Source of the DNA: Octopus bimaculoides
Lineage: Eukaryota
Assembly: GCF_001194135.2 (NCBI RefSeq)
Contig: NC_069002.1
Coordinates: 1,404,357-1,468,356 of the forward strand
Direction: 5' to 3'
DNA: 64,000 nt
Of the stretch, positions 37,838 to 51,178 are shown piece by piece. The notes under the pieces were generated by a model. The model saw nothing but the letters and a program-made list of their open reading frames with translations. It made no database searches and was not told where the DNA came from. Made by a program: the position numbers and the translations under genes. The stretch's first letter is position 1, and each line of letters opens with the position of its first letter.

Positions 37838-37900
37838 AAAATACAAACATGCAGTTATACAATAACTGTGATGTGCAACATATGTGGATATGTATGTATG

Positions 37901-37933
<33 letters not shown>

Positions 37934-37987
37934 ATGTTCCAGCATGATCGCAGTTTAATGATTGAAATAGGTAACACACAAAAGATT

Positions 37988-38019
<32 letters not shown>

Positions 38020-38519
38020 TGCTATGTCTAGCAGACGAGTATCCACCACCGAGGATGACTATGATAAGGTCTCGGTCATTGCAATATATACCGAGTGCAG
38101 AGCGCGTATTGACATTTGATGCATGAGAGAGTTTGATGCAGCTGCCCTCATCTGCGTGTGTGTATATATATATATATATATNNNNNNNNNNNNNNNNNNN
38201 NNNNNNNNNNNNNNNNNNNNNNNNNNNNNNNNNNNNNNNNNNNNNNNNNNNNNNNNNNNNNNNNNNNNNNNNNNNNNNNNNNNNNNNNNNNNNNNNNNNN
38301 NNNNNNNNNNNNNNNNNNNNNNNNNNNNNNNNNNNNNNNNNNNNNNNNNNNNNNNNNNNNNNNNNNNNNNNNNNNNNNNNNNNNNNNNNNNNNNNNATAT
38401 ATATATATATATATATAATATAGTGTTATATTCTCTATCTTAAATATTCGACGCAAATTCGAAACTATTTGCTTCAAATCGGAACATATTATGTTCCTAC
38501 TTTTTTCTGATTTCCTCAT

Positions 38520-39382
38520 CATCACCGTTATCATAATCTTTAATCATCATCAGTCATCATCTTCAATCATCATCAGTCATCATCTTCATCAACGTCATCA
38601 AACATCATCATCATCGTCAATTTCATTAATCCACCAACACCAGCCACCAGTATAGATGCGAGTGTTTAAGCTGCCACATCTTTCAACATATTCCCCGACC
38701 GATACTCTACCACCACGATCATTACCACGATCATTACCACCGTTATTACCGCCATCATTACAACCAGTCCGATCGCCACGAACCACCATTAACTACATAT
38801 ACGACAATGTCAGACTAGCAACACTACAACTAATATAACCACAACCACCACTGTCATCACTAACACCACCACTACTACTACTATCACCAGAACTAAAGCC
38901 ACCACCATCAAGAACCTCAAATCATCGCTGTCATTATCAACAGCAGTAACACGGTTAACAACAATTAGGATTGCGGAAATATTAGCAACAACGTTGATGA
39001 TAATATATATTAATAACACAAATAACAATACTGATGATGATAATAATAATAATGATAATAATAATAATAATAATGATAATAATAATAATAATAATGATAA
39101 TAATAATAATAATAATAATAGAAGCAACGGTAATACTAGAAATTGAACAAGAAATATTTATACAAATTGTAGTCGTAGTAGTAGTAGTCTAACAATAATG
39201 GGGTTGGTAGTATTGGTGGTGGTGGTCGTATGATGTTGTTGGTGGTGGTTGTAAGGAGGAAGAGGAGGAGGAAAACGGGGAAGAGGAGGAAAATACAAGG
39301 AATGATAATTGCAGCAACAAGAACATCAGAAATAACAAGAGTAATAATTTAAATAATAACAATAACCTTATTATTATTATTA

Positions 39383-39417
<35 letters not shown>

Positions 39418-40740
39418 GGGATAATGACGAAAATAATAAGCAATCATAACTACAAGAATAATAATAGTAACAGGAAAAGTTGTAATATTATTATTTCTCA
39501 TATTATCATTATTCTAACAAGATGGTGCTAATAATAACAACAGCAACAACAATAATAATAGTAATAACAACACCAACAACAATAATAATAATAATAATAA
39601 TAATAATCTTCGATAATAAGAGTGAAGGGGGAAAGCCAGTACAGTGACCCTATCACAGATTGAATGCTGGAAAAACTATTGGAATCATGTGGGAAATCTA
39701 CTGCGAACACAAGTTCATTATTTACCATTCCAAATTGTAGACGTTCCCAGAATAAATGTAGATTGTCCAGCCATTTGCCAGTAAATTGGCACTGGTGGTG
39801 TTGTTATTGACGTGGTGGTGGTGGTGGTGATGGTGTAGGTGGTGATGGTGGTGGTGGTGGTACTGATGATGGTGGCGGTGGTGGTCATGAAGCTAACACT
39901 GGCGAGGATTGTGGTGGATATGGTGGGAGACGTGGTGGTGATGGCGCTGACCGTGATGGTGGTAGTGATTGTCTTGAAGGTAGGGGTGGTGGTGATGGTG
40001 GCGGTGGTGGTGGTGATGGTGGTGGTGATGTGGTGGTGGTGATGGTGGTGGTGATGGTGATGGTGGTGNNNNNNNNNNNNNNNNNNNNNNNNNNNNNNNN
40101 NNNNNNNNNNNNNNNNNNNNNNNNNNNNNNNNNNNNNNNNNNNNNNNNNNNNNNNNNNNNNNNNNNNNNNNNNNNNNNNNNNNNNNNNNNNNNNNNNNNN
40201 NNNNNNNNNNNGTGGTGGTGATGGTGGCGGTGGTGATGGTGGTGGTACTATGACTGCTACGATTGACGTTGAAGGCTGTTGTGGTTTCCGTTCTTGTTTT
40301 CGCTGTTGCAGTATTTCTCCTGCAGGTGCTGTTGTTGTTGTTGTAGCTGAGGCTGCAGTTTTTATTACGATCGTTGTTGTTATTGTTATCGTCATCGTTG
40401 TTTTTGTTGTTGTTATTGCTCGTCTTGTTGCAGATGTTGCAGTCATAACCACCACTGCTCACCGTTTTTTTTCCTTTCCTAATAACGTTGCTCATGGTCA
40501 TGGTGGTGATGGTGATGGTGGTGGTGGTGGTGGTGGCAGCAGGTGGTAGTAGTGATCACGTACGTGTTAATGATGATAGGGATAGTTGTGATGATGATGA
40601 TGATGATGATGACAACGGTGATGGAGATGACGATGGCGACGTGACAATGATGATGATGATAGTGAAGATAGTTGTGGTGGTGGTGGTGCTGGTGGTGGTG
40701 CTGATGGTGGTGCTGGTGGCGATAGTTGTGGTGGTCGCGT
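38520..40740. repeat. Large mosaic of triplet repeats (ATC, ACC, AAT, GGT, GTT, GAT)
   Basis: Directly visible, with short unique interruptions. Confidence 0.9.
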
Positions 40741-41328
40741 CGGAAAGGAGCTGTAAGTTCGTATCGTGTTGAATTGCGGTTTTCGCGATGGAAGGTTAGG
40801 GTTGAGCTAAGGGAGGGGAGCGGGGACAGAGAAGAAGGCATTTGGTTACGTCGGTCGTCGTTATTGTTGTTGTTGTTGTTGTTGTTATAGACCGGTCTAT
40901 ATTATTACGACGACAGCAGTAGATGACCTCTCATTGATTCGGGGTCAACCAAAGACAACATCTTCTCACCTCCGCCCCATAAGGGAAGACGTTCTCTCTC
41001 AACTCCCACCCGTTCTCTCGCTTTCTTACAAACCACTCCACTCGCCCAAATTCGCCATTTACATCAGCAACACGAATACAATATCATCATCATCATCATC
41101 ATCAACAACAACAACAAAGACGACATCAATAACAACAACAACAACAGGAACAATTACGATTGCTATAGTGTTCACTAGCGACGCCCCGACCTCTCCAGCG
41201 TCGACCGATATCGACCTCCAGGGCTCATCCCACGAACGTCTCATTTATACGTATGTAGTTGTCTCTTCTGTTACAGCTATTCTCTAATCAACGTATGTAG
41301 GCTTGTGGTAATTTAGATAAAATTTACA

Positions 41329-41375
<47 letters not shown>

Positions 41376-41679
41376 TCTTTTCTTGGTTTGCAGTTTACAG
41401 AGAAAACTGTTTTGATTCCAACTGAATCTGTTCACAATTAATCTTCTTATTGAATTATTACACGTTTAAACCTTCTTCTTCACAAACAGAAACACACGTA
41501 TATTTACGCCCATACATATTTTTCTAAGCAAAATGTGAACAAAGACTTCGAAGCTTCGGCTTACTAGTCGTCATAAGACTGTAGTTTACTTCGATCGTTC
41601 AGCTCTTATATAAAATTTTGTGGGGAGGACATTCTTTTGGGAAGTGGAGTGATGTAGATGATAAATAGTCATCGCGTAC

Positions 41680-41747
41680 CAAGGTTTCTGAACCTTTTTG
41701 CTCTTGTATAACCCTTAAAATAAATTACATGTTTCAAGGAACCCCTG
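41680..41747 (+). mobile_element. Possible hAT (Charlie/MER-type) 5' terminus
   Basis: caaggtttctgaacctttttg...ataacccctt-like...ggaacccctg resembles the hAT-Charlie end pattern CAG.GGTTCTCAACCTTTT...GACCCC. No partner TIR was found. Confidence 0.4.
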
Positions 41748-41814
41748 CAGTAAAAAAAATTATATACCATATCTTTCTCATATCTTTTTCATTGTAGTTC
41801 ATGTGGTAGATATC

Positions 41815-41862
<48 letters not shown>

Positions 41863-41985
41863 TTGTTATATTTTTTTGATGACATAATGGGTTAGTAAGT
41901 ATGTGATCCTAAAAGTAGAAGGTTTTATGTCATGCAGTAATTGCTTAACTCTACCATGAAACTATAAGTAACGTTGTAGTAGTTT

Positions 41986-42016
<31 letters not shown>

Positions 42017-42041
42017 ATACATTGTATACATATATATATAC

Positions 42042-42111
<70 letters not shown>

Positions 42112-42448
42112 GTGTATGCATTTATGTATTTATACATATATTCATGTATATATACACATATATGTATTTATGCATATGCGTGTTTATATATTTTTGTTCG
42201 TTTAATTTTACGCACCCACGTTCACACATATATGTATATGTTTGTGTATATGTATGTATATAAAAACGTGTATATGTATTTGTATAAATACATATGCATA
42301 CACACAAACACACACGCATATATATTTGTATGTAAATATATACATATATGCATACATGTATAGATATATACACATGCACGCATGCATTCTACAGATATGC
42401 ACGAATTCTAGGTTTCCGACCATTTAAACCACAGTGCGTGTATGTAGG

Positions 42449-42503
<55 letters not shown>

Positions 42504-42999
42504 NNNNNNNNNNNNNNNNNNNNNNNNNNNNNNNNNNNNNNNNNNNNNNNNNNNNNNNNNNNNNNNNNNNNNNNNNNNNNNNNNNNNNNNNNNNNNNNNN
42601 NNNNNNNNNNNNNNNNNNNNNNNNNNNNNNNNNNNNNNNNNNNNNNNNNNNNNNNNNNNNNNNNNNNNNNNNNNNNNNNNNNNNNNNNNNNNNNNNNNNN
42701 NNNNNNNNNNNNNNNNNNNNNNNNNNNNNNNNNNNNNNNNNNNNNNNNNNNNNNNNNNNNNNNNNNNNNNNNNNNNNNNNNNNNNNNNNNNNNNNNNNNN
42801 NNNNNNNNNNNNNNNNNNNNNNNNNNNNNNNNNNNNNNNNNNNNNNNNNNNNNNNNNNNNNNNNNNNNNNNNNNNNNNNNNNNNNNNNNNNNNNNNNNNN
42901 NNNNNNNNNNNNNNNNNNNNNNNNNNNNNNNNNNNNNNNNNNNNNNNNNNNNNNNNNNNNNNNNNNNNNNNNNNNNNNNNNNNNNGGTGTTGGTGGTTT

Positions 43000-43900
43000 G
43001 CTGGTGGTTGTGGTGGCTATGATGCTGCTTCCGAACATGATCGTGAGTACTGGATGTGGGGGTGGGTGAGAGTCGGTGCGGTGTATATACCAGTGTTACT
43101 GTTTCAGTAGTGCGTTGGTGGTGGTGGAGGTGGTAGCAGTGGTGGCGATGGAGGTGGTGGTGGTGGTGGTGGTGGTATGGTTGCAGTTAACTCAGTGCAG
43201 TTACATTACTAGCAGATCCGCATTACCAATGCTACTAACACATTTACCACAACCAATACCACTACTACCAATACTACTACCACCACAACAGAAACGCCAC
43301 TAGAAGCACCGTCAGAGACACTACTACCACCGCAACTACAAACATCTTAAATCATCTCTGCTTTTAATAGCAACACTACCACACCCATCCCCACTGCTAC
43401 CACAGCCACCACTACTAGCTCTACTAGTACTACTATGTACTGTAACCGACACGATTACCACACCGAAACACTCACCTGCACTTGCATCTGTACTCCTGTC
43501 ATCAATACCATCTCCACCATTGACATCACCACTACCAACACCACCACCACAGTCAGCACCACCACTACCATCATGGTGGTTAGTACTACCGTCAACACCA
43601 TTATTACATCCATAATTACCACCAGTACCCACCCACCCCATCGCTACCATCACTGGAAATATCACTCTCCCCACCCCCTCAATGCCCAAAGCGAAAGCTT
43701 CTCGATCAGAATTCACAGCTAAAAGTACCCAGAGGATCTTCAACAAAAATCACCCCACCACCCCCAGCAGCAGCACCACCACCACCAACACAACTCTCCT
43801 CCACCGATTTCACTACCAGCACCAGCACCATCACCACCGACAAAAACCATTACATCACCCCCTCCAAAATGGTGGTGGTGGGTGGTAGTGGTGTGAGGAG
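43000..43900. repeat. GGT-rich block followed by a long ACC/ACT-rich block
   Basis: Directly visible; strand polarity switches near 43190. Confidence 0.88.
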
Positions 43901-44429
43901 GGGGTGACACAGACGGAACATGAAAATTTTAGCAACTTTTTCGCAATTGTGTCAGAAGCAAAGGTGTGTAATAGGATTGTCTTCAGAGAGAAGTGATACG
44001 TTAACATATATTGGGGGTGGGTGGGGAGGAATACGATGTGAAGGCGGGGATGGGGAGGTGCTTCAATCTAACTACAACAACAAGTACAAGACAGCAATAA
44101 TTAAAACTGCATTAAAAATTAAGCATAAGAAATAAGCCAGCCACTTTACTCCACCAGTTTTTTTTGTTTTTGACCAAAACAGAAAGAAACGACTTCAGCT
44201 GAAACTTGAAGTCTCATTCAACGCGTGATTTTCTCACGAATTTTACTCTTTCTCCCGAATAGAGTCTTCTGCAACCTCCGGTCAGCAAAGTTCAGTTATC
44301 TTTTAAAATTGGCTTTAAAATAACTTTAGCATTCACAATCTCCCCACACATGCATATGTAAGTACGTGTATACACATACAAACGCACCCATTTATAGACA
44401 TATGTAATAATATATATATGTAATAATCT

Positions 44430-44466
44430 TTCCTACTCTAGGCACAAGGCCCGAAATTTTTAGATA
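44430..44466 (-). mobile_element. SINE family C 3' tail (type B) fragment
   Basis: tactctaggcacaaggcccgaaatttt is the reverse complement of aaatttcgggccttgtgcctagagta at 55665-55690. Confidence 0.75.
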
Positions 44467-45029
44467 GAGACGCACACAGCAGGCGCGCACACATGCACTC
44501 ATATTTGAGCGTGTGTAAGTGCACATGTGAGTATGGATGTGTATGAGCATGTTTGCCTAATTGTACGCCTAGTTCTTTGGCAGTGATGTTGATCGCGTAC
44601 GAAGAGATGACGCAGATTGGAAGGGGTAGGGAGAGGGATGGAGGGGAGCAGACCATCGAATAAAACGAGCCGTCAATGTCAGAATGCCTCCATGGCGTTA
44701 CTGTCCACAGTTGGAGTCCGTGTTCCACCTAACCCAACACCACTACCCTGCCTCAAACCCCTTTCTCAAAACCACCGCAGACCACCTCAATTTCCCTTCT
44801 TTTACATATAACACTCAGCCCCCACCTACCGAAAATAAAAGAACCCTTAGAAACGAAGAAAATCTCCGGCTTATGCATTTAGCAGACGTTGATTGAAGAA
44901 TAAAAACTTGGTCAATAATCTAATACCACAACAGTACATGTGTTGCACTCACAATATCTACAAACAACGACAATGAAACAAAATGGCGAATCTACTGTCA
45001 TTTTACGCGCAACATTTTCTCTACGCTGC

Positions 45030-45945
45030 TTTTTATTTTTCTGTTTCTGTTTTTAATTCGTCTCATTCTTTTTCTTTTTTTTTTCCTTTTCTACTTTCAA
45101 TTTGTTCCTTACAGTCACTTCCCTTTTTTTTCTATTGTTCATTTCATTGATTCTTTCTTTCTGCCTCCTTTTGTCTCCTCTGTCTCTCATCCCTCTCCAC
45201 CCACTCTCTCAGTTTATGTTTGTCTCTCTCTCATCTTTTCCCCATCGTTTGTTTCATTCCCTTTTCTTTTAACTCCCTTTTCTTTCTACCTTTTTTTTTC
45301 TTTTTGTGTCTGTTCTTTCGTTCTTTCCCTTCGCTTATTTTATTTTTATTTTCTCTTTTTCCCTTCGTCTCTCTCTCTCTCATATTTTTACCTTCACTTG
45401 TATTTCTTCTTTCAAGTTTTCCTTCTTTCTCTCTCACTCATTCATTCTTTTTTCTCATAATTTCTTCGCATTTGCTTCTCTTTCTTTCAGTTCTTTTTAT
45501 TCACCACCCTTTCTTTCCTCCCCGCTCTCTCTCTCTCCCTCCCTTTCTCTCTCGTTTTCTTTTCTTTCTTCTCTAAAAATTCGGTTTCTCTTCCTTATTA
45601 TACTTTCTTTCCCGCTTTCATTCATTCTTCCTTCCTTTGTTTGTTTCTTTCGTTTTCCTTTCTTTCTGTTTGTCGTTCGTAACTATTTGTGGTCTTTTTT
45701 CCTATTTTTTCCTCTCTTCTTTCATTCTCTCCTTTCATTCTTTCATTCTCTCCTTTCATTCTATTTTCCTCTCATCCTTTTTTCAGTTTCCTTTTCTCTT
45801 TCTTTCATCCCTCTCACTATCCCTCTTGCCCTCATTTTATTCTCCCCATCTTTCTCTCCTTACTTTTACATTGATTTATTATTTCATTTCCTTCGTTTCG
45901 TTCATTTTATTGCATTACTGCGTTCCTTCATTCATCCATTCTTCC
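45030..45945. repeat. About 900-bp polypyrimidine (T/C-rich) tract
   Basis: Directly visible; it produces the F/L/S-rich ORFs in the track. Confidence 0.9.
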
Positions 45946-47039
45946 GATGTACCTTGCCATAATTAAAAGGTCGATGTTAGGGCTCACGGATAGGCCCTTA
46001 CCCCTTTTTCTTCTATTTCCTTTCTCAAAGCTATTCAATAAATTCCACTTGATGCAAACCGACCACTGACCTTTTGTTCTTGTTGATGCATGCGTGTGTA
46101 CACGTGTGTGTGTGTGTGTGTGTACATGTGTATTCATGCGCAGGAATATTATAGAAAAAGTGATTCATATATGTTTACATGAAGCAGAACAGATCTGCGT
46201 GTCTGTATTACGTGTACACACACACACACACATCAAAATATGAGTATATGTATATTTATATTTTCTTTATTAATATTTAGCAGAAGCATGAGTGATTCAA
46301 AGGCCGAGAGTTTCGTGCGTGGTGGTTATTTTGATAAATGCCAACGCACAAAACTTTAGGATCTTGAGTCAATGTTGTTTCTTCTAAATATTAATACACA
46401 CGTGTGTATTATATATATTTCTACGATAACTACTAGTACACCTGCTACGTCTTCGACAACTACTACAACAACAATAACTGTGACTAGTGTTGTTACTACA
46501 AATATTAGAACTGCTGCTACTATGACTACTACTACTACAAAAATAAAAGCCGTATTTATTTGCTGACAACTTGAAGTGACCAAATATGAATAAATGAGGG
46601 GGGGGGGGGAAGCTGCATCAAATATAAATTGTGAAAATCCGAAAATGTAACAAAAAGAGGAAGAGATGCAAAGAGAACGTCGACAGCAGAATAAACCAAT
46701 AAGAAATGGCCAACTTTAAACGTAACAACAACAACGAAAGCATACAAATCAAATATAAAATAAAACAATAACAACAGCAACAACAACAACAGTGGAAACA
46801 GCAGATGCAATAACAACGACTTTTGGACACAAGCGAGGTTTTGATCATTTATATGACAGGTTCTATACACAGTCGAGGCACAGGCCCCACGCAGGGAGAA
46901 GCAGTTAAATGGAAATTACTACTACTACTAATAATAATAATAATAATAAATAATGATGACGATGATGTTAGCAACTATCATAACACTAACGACAACAACA
47001 ATTATAATAACGATAATAACAATAATAATAATATTAATT

Positions 47040-47165
47040 ATAATAATAATAAAATAATAATAATAATAATAAATAGCGTTTCCTTTATTTGCCACAAGGA
47101 CGACCAATGGAGAGAAGATTACATGGGAAAATTAGGAAAACGATGGGAGGTTTTTAGAAGAAATA
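47040..47165 (-). mobile_element. Probable LINE 3'UTR end with (TTA)n tail
   Basis: The reverse complement reads tttcccatgtaatcttctctccattggtcgtccttgtggcaaataaaggaaacgctatt(att)n. It shares the 16-mer tatttgccacaaggac (47086-101) with the end of the LINE fragment at 47757-72. Confidence 0.55.
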
Positions 47166-47756
47166 ATAATTACACGGTCACAGCAGTCCACAGATTAATG
47201 TCCTGCTTGCTTTTGACGTTAATCTACCAGTTTTTGAGCAGATTCCAACGTCGAATACAATTGGATGCGCGCAACACGCCACGGGGGCAACAGCGTGTAG
47301 GAACATGGTGTCAGTCAGCTCCGCATGATGTTGATTAAGCTACATTTACGGTTCCTATTGTTGCACACACTTCGGCTTCCCTACGTAAGAATACCTGTCA
47401 AGATTTTTAATATCATATTTTGTACTTCTTTTCTCTCTTTGACCTTCGTAGCGGGTTCCTCGCTTTCCATTTTGATTTCGTTGACGCAACGCTTGTCCTT
47501 TGTTCGGTCGTTCTTTTTCGTCCTAGTTTCTCGCCTTTGCACTTTGTTATTTATTTTTCGTCTTCCGTTTTCTTATTTAATAATAAATGCCATGTTGCAA
47601 ATAAATAAAATAATTGATAAATAAATAAATTTTAATGGCCTACCAATGTATACAGTGAGTTTCTCTGCCCTAGGTGTCAGGAAGACATTCGGCAAGAAAT
47701 GGAAACAGAATTGAAGGAAGGTATTGATGAAAATAATAACAATAATAACGATCATG

Positions 47757-48095
47757 TATTTGCCACAAGGACACTGAACGAGAGCGTGAAGAACGGTTTC
47801 GTCACTCTGCGCTCACCTTGGACAAGCCCGTCTGACCACACATCCATGCCTGTAGAGTTTATCTCAAACTGGTTGTGCCCCTCCGGTAGCACTGACAGGC
47901 CAAGGACATCTGGAAATTATCCATGATAGTGCCCGACCGGAAAGTCTTCCGGAACAGACTAGCCAGTTCGTTCTTATCGGCGCCCAGAGTCTCTCCGAGA
48001 ACGTCGTCGCACTTCACCGCCACTAATCCTCTATAAATTTCTAAAGCGGAACATCCACAGTTCCCATTGTCCGACTGGTAGAGGGTTGTGAGCAT
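47757..48095 (-). mobile_element. L1/Tx1-type LINE ORF2 C-terminal relic with a CCHC zinc knuckle
   Basis: The minus strand reads SALEIYRGLVAVKCDDVLGETLGADKNELASLFRKTFRSGTIMDNFQMSLACQCYR, then after a frameshift AQPV*DKLYRHGCVVRRACPR*AQSDETVLHALVQCP. The C-PR-(C to stop)-x-QSDETVLH-ALVQ-C motif lies at 47771-47824. Confidence 0.85.
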
Positions 48096-48149
48096 TCTAG
48101 GTGCCAATAATAATATTACTGCTGTGACTACAATCACTACAACGGTACC

Positions 48150-48900
48150 TACAAATATTTGCAAGAACTGCTGCCAATACACGCTACAAGCAACACTAGA
48201 ACTAACAAGAGTACGAAAGTCGCTTACTATGTAAGTACCACACTACGACCATCACGACTGCCATAATCAGAACCACTAACGTGTGTGCGTGCATATGCAC
48301 GTGTGTGTGTGTAGGTATGAGTGGGTGTGGTCGTAGCATCAATGGTATATATACTTCAGGCAATACCACAGCGTACTCAGCAGCAATACTACCGCCAATA
48401 CCACAATCAACGCTAGTAATGCTACGATCAACACAACCGCAATCACTGCCAACGACACGACCACCAATACGACAACCATAACAACCAACTGGACCCTAAT
48501 GTTCCAATGCAACCCCTGCTACCATCACCACCACCACCACAACTACCACTACGATGGCAACCACTACCACTTCTATCACCACTATCCGAGAAACAACAAT
48601 AACTAGATTGCCATCAACAACATCACCACCATCAACAACACCAACGTCTCGTTAACTTTCAGAGTTCCTTGAGAACATTTTACGATGGACCCTGTGTTGT
48701 TGTTGTTGTTGTCTTCATCGTCGTCGTCGTCGCCGTCGCTGCATGTTCCACTTTTAATAAATTACAACTACAACTGTAACCATTTAAATAACAACGACAG
48801 CAGCAACAAACGCTGCTGCTTATGATGATGATGATGGTGGTGGTAGAGGAGGATGAGGTGGTGGTGGTGGTGATGGTGGCGTATAACAAATGCCAAGCGA
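48150..48900. repeat. Degenerate triplet block (ACC/AAC/GAT/GGT)
   Basis: Directly visible. Confidence 0.85.
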
Positions 48901-48920
48901 TAATGCATGTGTACGCATAA

Positions 48921-49011
<91 letters not shown>

Positions 49012-49012
<1 letters not shown>

Positions 49013-49086
49013 CTTTATTTAAAAGCAGCAGAAATATAACAAAAGACTGTTACTCTGAGTTTCACGTTCCCGTTCGTGCTTACTCC

Positions 49087-49088
<2 letters not shown>
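49012..49088 (-). mobile_element. Short interspersed fragment carrying the 3' half of a hammerhead-like motif (possible Penelope pLTR remnant)
   Basis: The reverse complement contains GA-ACG-ggaa-CGT-GAAAC-TC (stem II with a 4-nt loop followed by GAAA). The CUGA part of the core is missing. It is embedded between (AT)n tracts. Confidence 0.35.
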
Positions 49089-49128
<40 letters not shown>

Positions 49129-49654
49129 CATAGAAACATACACCTGCACTTGTACATTATATCTGTCTATATATCTATCTATCTATCTAGATAGATAGAT
49201 AGATATGTGTATATATTTATATAATGTATATATACATACAAAGTATATAATATGTATATGTATACATGTGAGTGTGTGTGCATGTGTGCGTACGTGTGCG
49301 TGTGTTTATATATTTCTATATAACATGTATACGCACTTACATACATATACGTTTACATACACATATACAAGTATGTACACGAAGTGTGTATATATATGCA
49401 TGTATGATTGTGTATTTATATATATATATGCATACAAATAAATGCAAATATGTACATGTACATATATGTGCATATATGTATACATATTTGCATATTTTTG
49501 TATGTGCATATATATGTATATATATTTGCATATATTTATATATGCATATTTGTTCATATATATATATATATATATATATACATACATATATTCATATGCA
49601 TATATATATGCATATATATGTATATATACATGTGCACATACATATATACATGTG

Positions 49655-49689
<35 letters not shown>

Positions 49690-51020
49690 TTGCATTATAT
49701 ATGTATACATACATGTGCAAATGCATATACATATACATTTGCACGCGCGCATACATAAATAAATAATCTGTACTTGGCACCTGTCATCTGCAATGCGGAC
49801 AGGTATTTTCCGCTGACGATATCGAACAATTTGAAAAAGAAGAAGAAGAAGGAAACGAAGAACAACAACAACAAGATGAAGAGGAAAAAGAAGAAGCAGG
49901 CGAAGAAATACAAGAATAAGACGAGGAATAATAAGAAGGAGGAACTGGCTATAGATAGATAGGATAGAATGAGAATATCTTCGCGAAATGCAATTCAGAA
50001 AACACCCAGGGAATATATATTGGTGCGAAGACAGAGGCAAGAAATTCTAACTTACTTCACGATTTCTCTAAGGCTTTCTGTGTTGAATTTTGATGGCTTT
50101 TTGATAGAGTTAAGGAAGACTTAGCAGTAATTTCAATACTATTAGAATGAATTTCTTTCTCTCTTTATCAATTTCTTTCTTTGTTTTCTTTCTTTTTTTT
50201 TTTACAACCGCCGCTATCATCATCATCATCATCATCAATATCATCATCATCGTCATCATCATCGTCATCGACGTCATCATCATCATTATTATTATTCAAT
50301 GTTACTATTAATATTTTTATTGTTATTGCTATTACGCATTTCTTACTCCCTCTATCGGGGAGCAGAACTGCGGTAACGGATGCATGGCGGGGCGGATACA
50401 GGGATGTGACTGTGAATATTCTGGTTGTCACTGTTGTTGAATTTTTGTTTACTGTTTTTTAATAGTTCTTCCTATTTCTCTATGTCGTAAACTTTTTTTT
50501 TTTAAATGACTGGGTTGAAGTGGAGTTTGGTGTAGGGATATATATATTTTTTCTATTATTTTTGTTATTGACGTTTGTGTCATAGTGTTTGTTGTATATT
50601 GTTCTTCTTATTATTATCATTGTTGTTATTTTGTCTTTAAATTTAGTCACCAACTTTAATTTCCTTTATTTTTCGTTGTATGGTTTTGATCATTTCTAAA
50701 ACCTCCCCACCTTCGTTTTAATAATGCCTTTTTTATGCTGTCATTATTTGATTTTATTTCTTACTGGCAGAGAATATATTTCCATAAATACTTATATGAA
50801 TGTATATATATATATATATATATATGATATCCATATGTATGTACGTATGTTTTCATATATGCATGTAAGTATTTATATATATGTGTGTCTATGTATGTAT
50901 GTATGTAAATTGGAAATGTCAAAATATTCAGTGCCAAAGTATATAATTCTTTGGATCTTTCCATAGCATGAAGATTTTTCCACAGAACTCCGACGAAAAA
51001 TATAGGAATTTACATGCATA

Positions 51021-51041
51021 CAGACAGACAGACAGACAGAC

Positions 51042-51133
<92 letters not shown>

Positions 51134-51178
51134 TCATACTCTGATACATACATACATACATACATACATACATACATA
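51021..51178. repeat. Compound (CAGA)n-(TAGA)n-(CATA)n microsatellite
   Basis: Directly visible. Confidence 0.97.

Noticed and set aside
39660-39785. Short open frame IECWKNYWNHVGNLL... after an AG
   Set aside because: About 40 codons with no recognisable motif, which is expected by chance.
47674-47926. Plus-strand ORF METELKEGIDENNNN...GNYP with a good-looking acceptor, and an antisense 93-nt 'exon' with a GTGAGC donor
   Set aside because: Both overlap the minus-strand L1/Tx1 CCHC relic, which explains the sequence; the open frames are shadows.
49770-49835. WD40-like snippet KLFDIVSGKYLSAL on the minus strand
   Set aside because: It is only about 14 residues, with no flanking WD-repeat pattern and no convincing splice sites.
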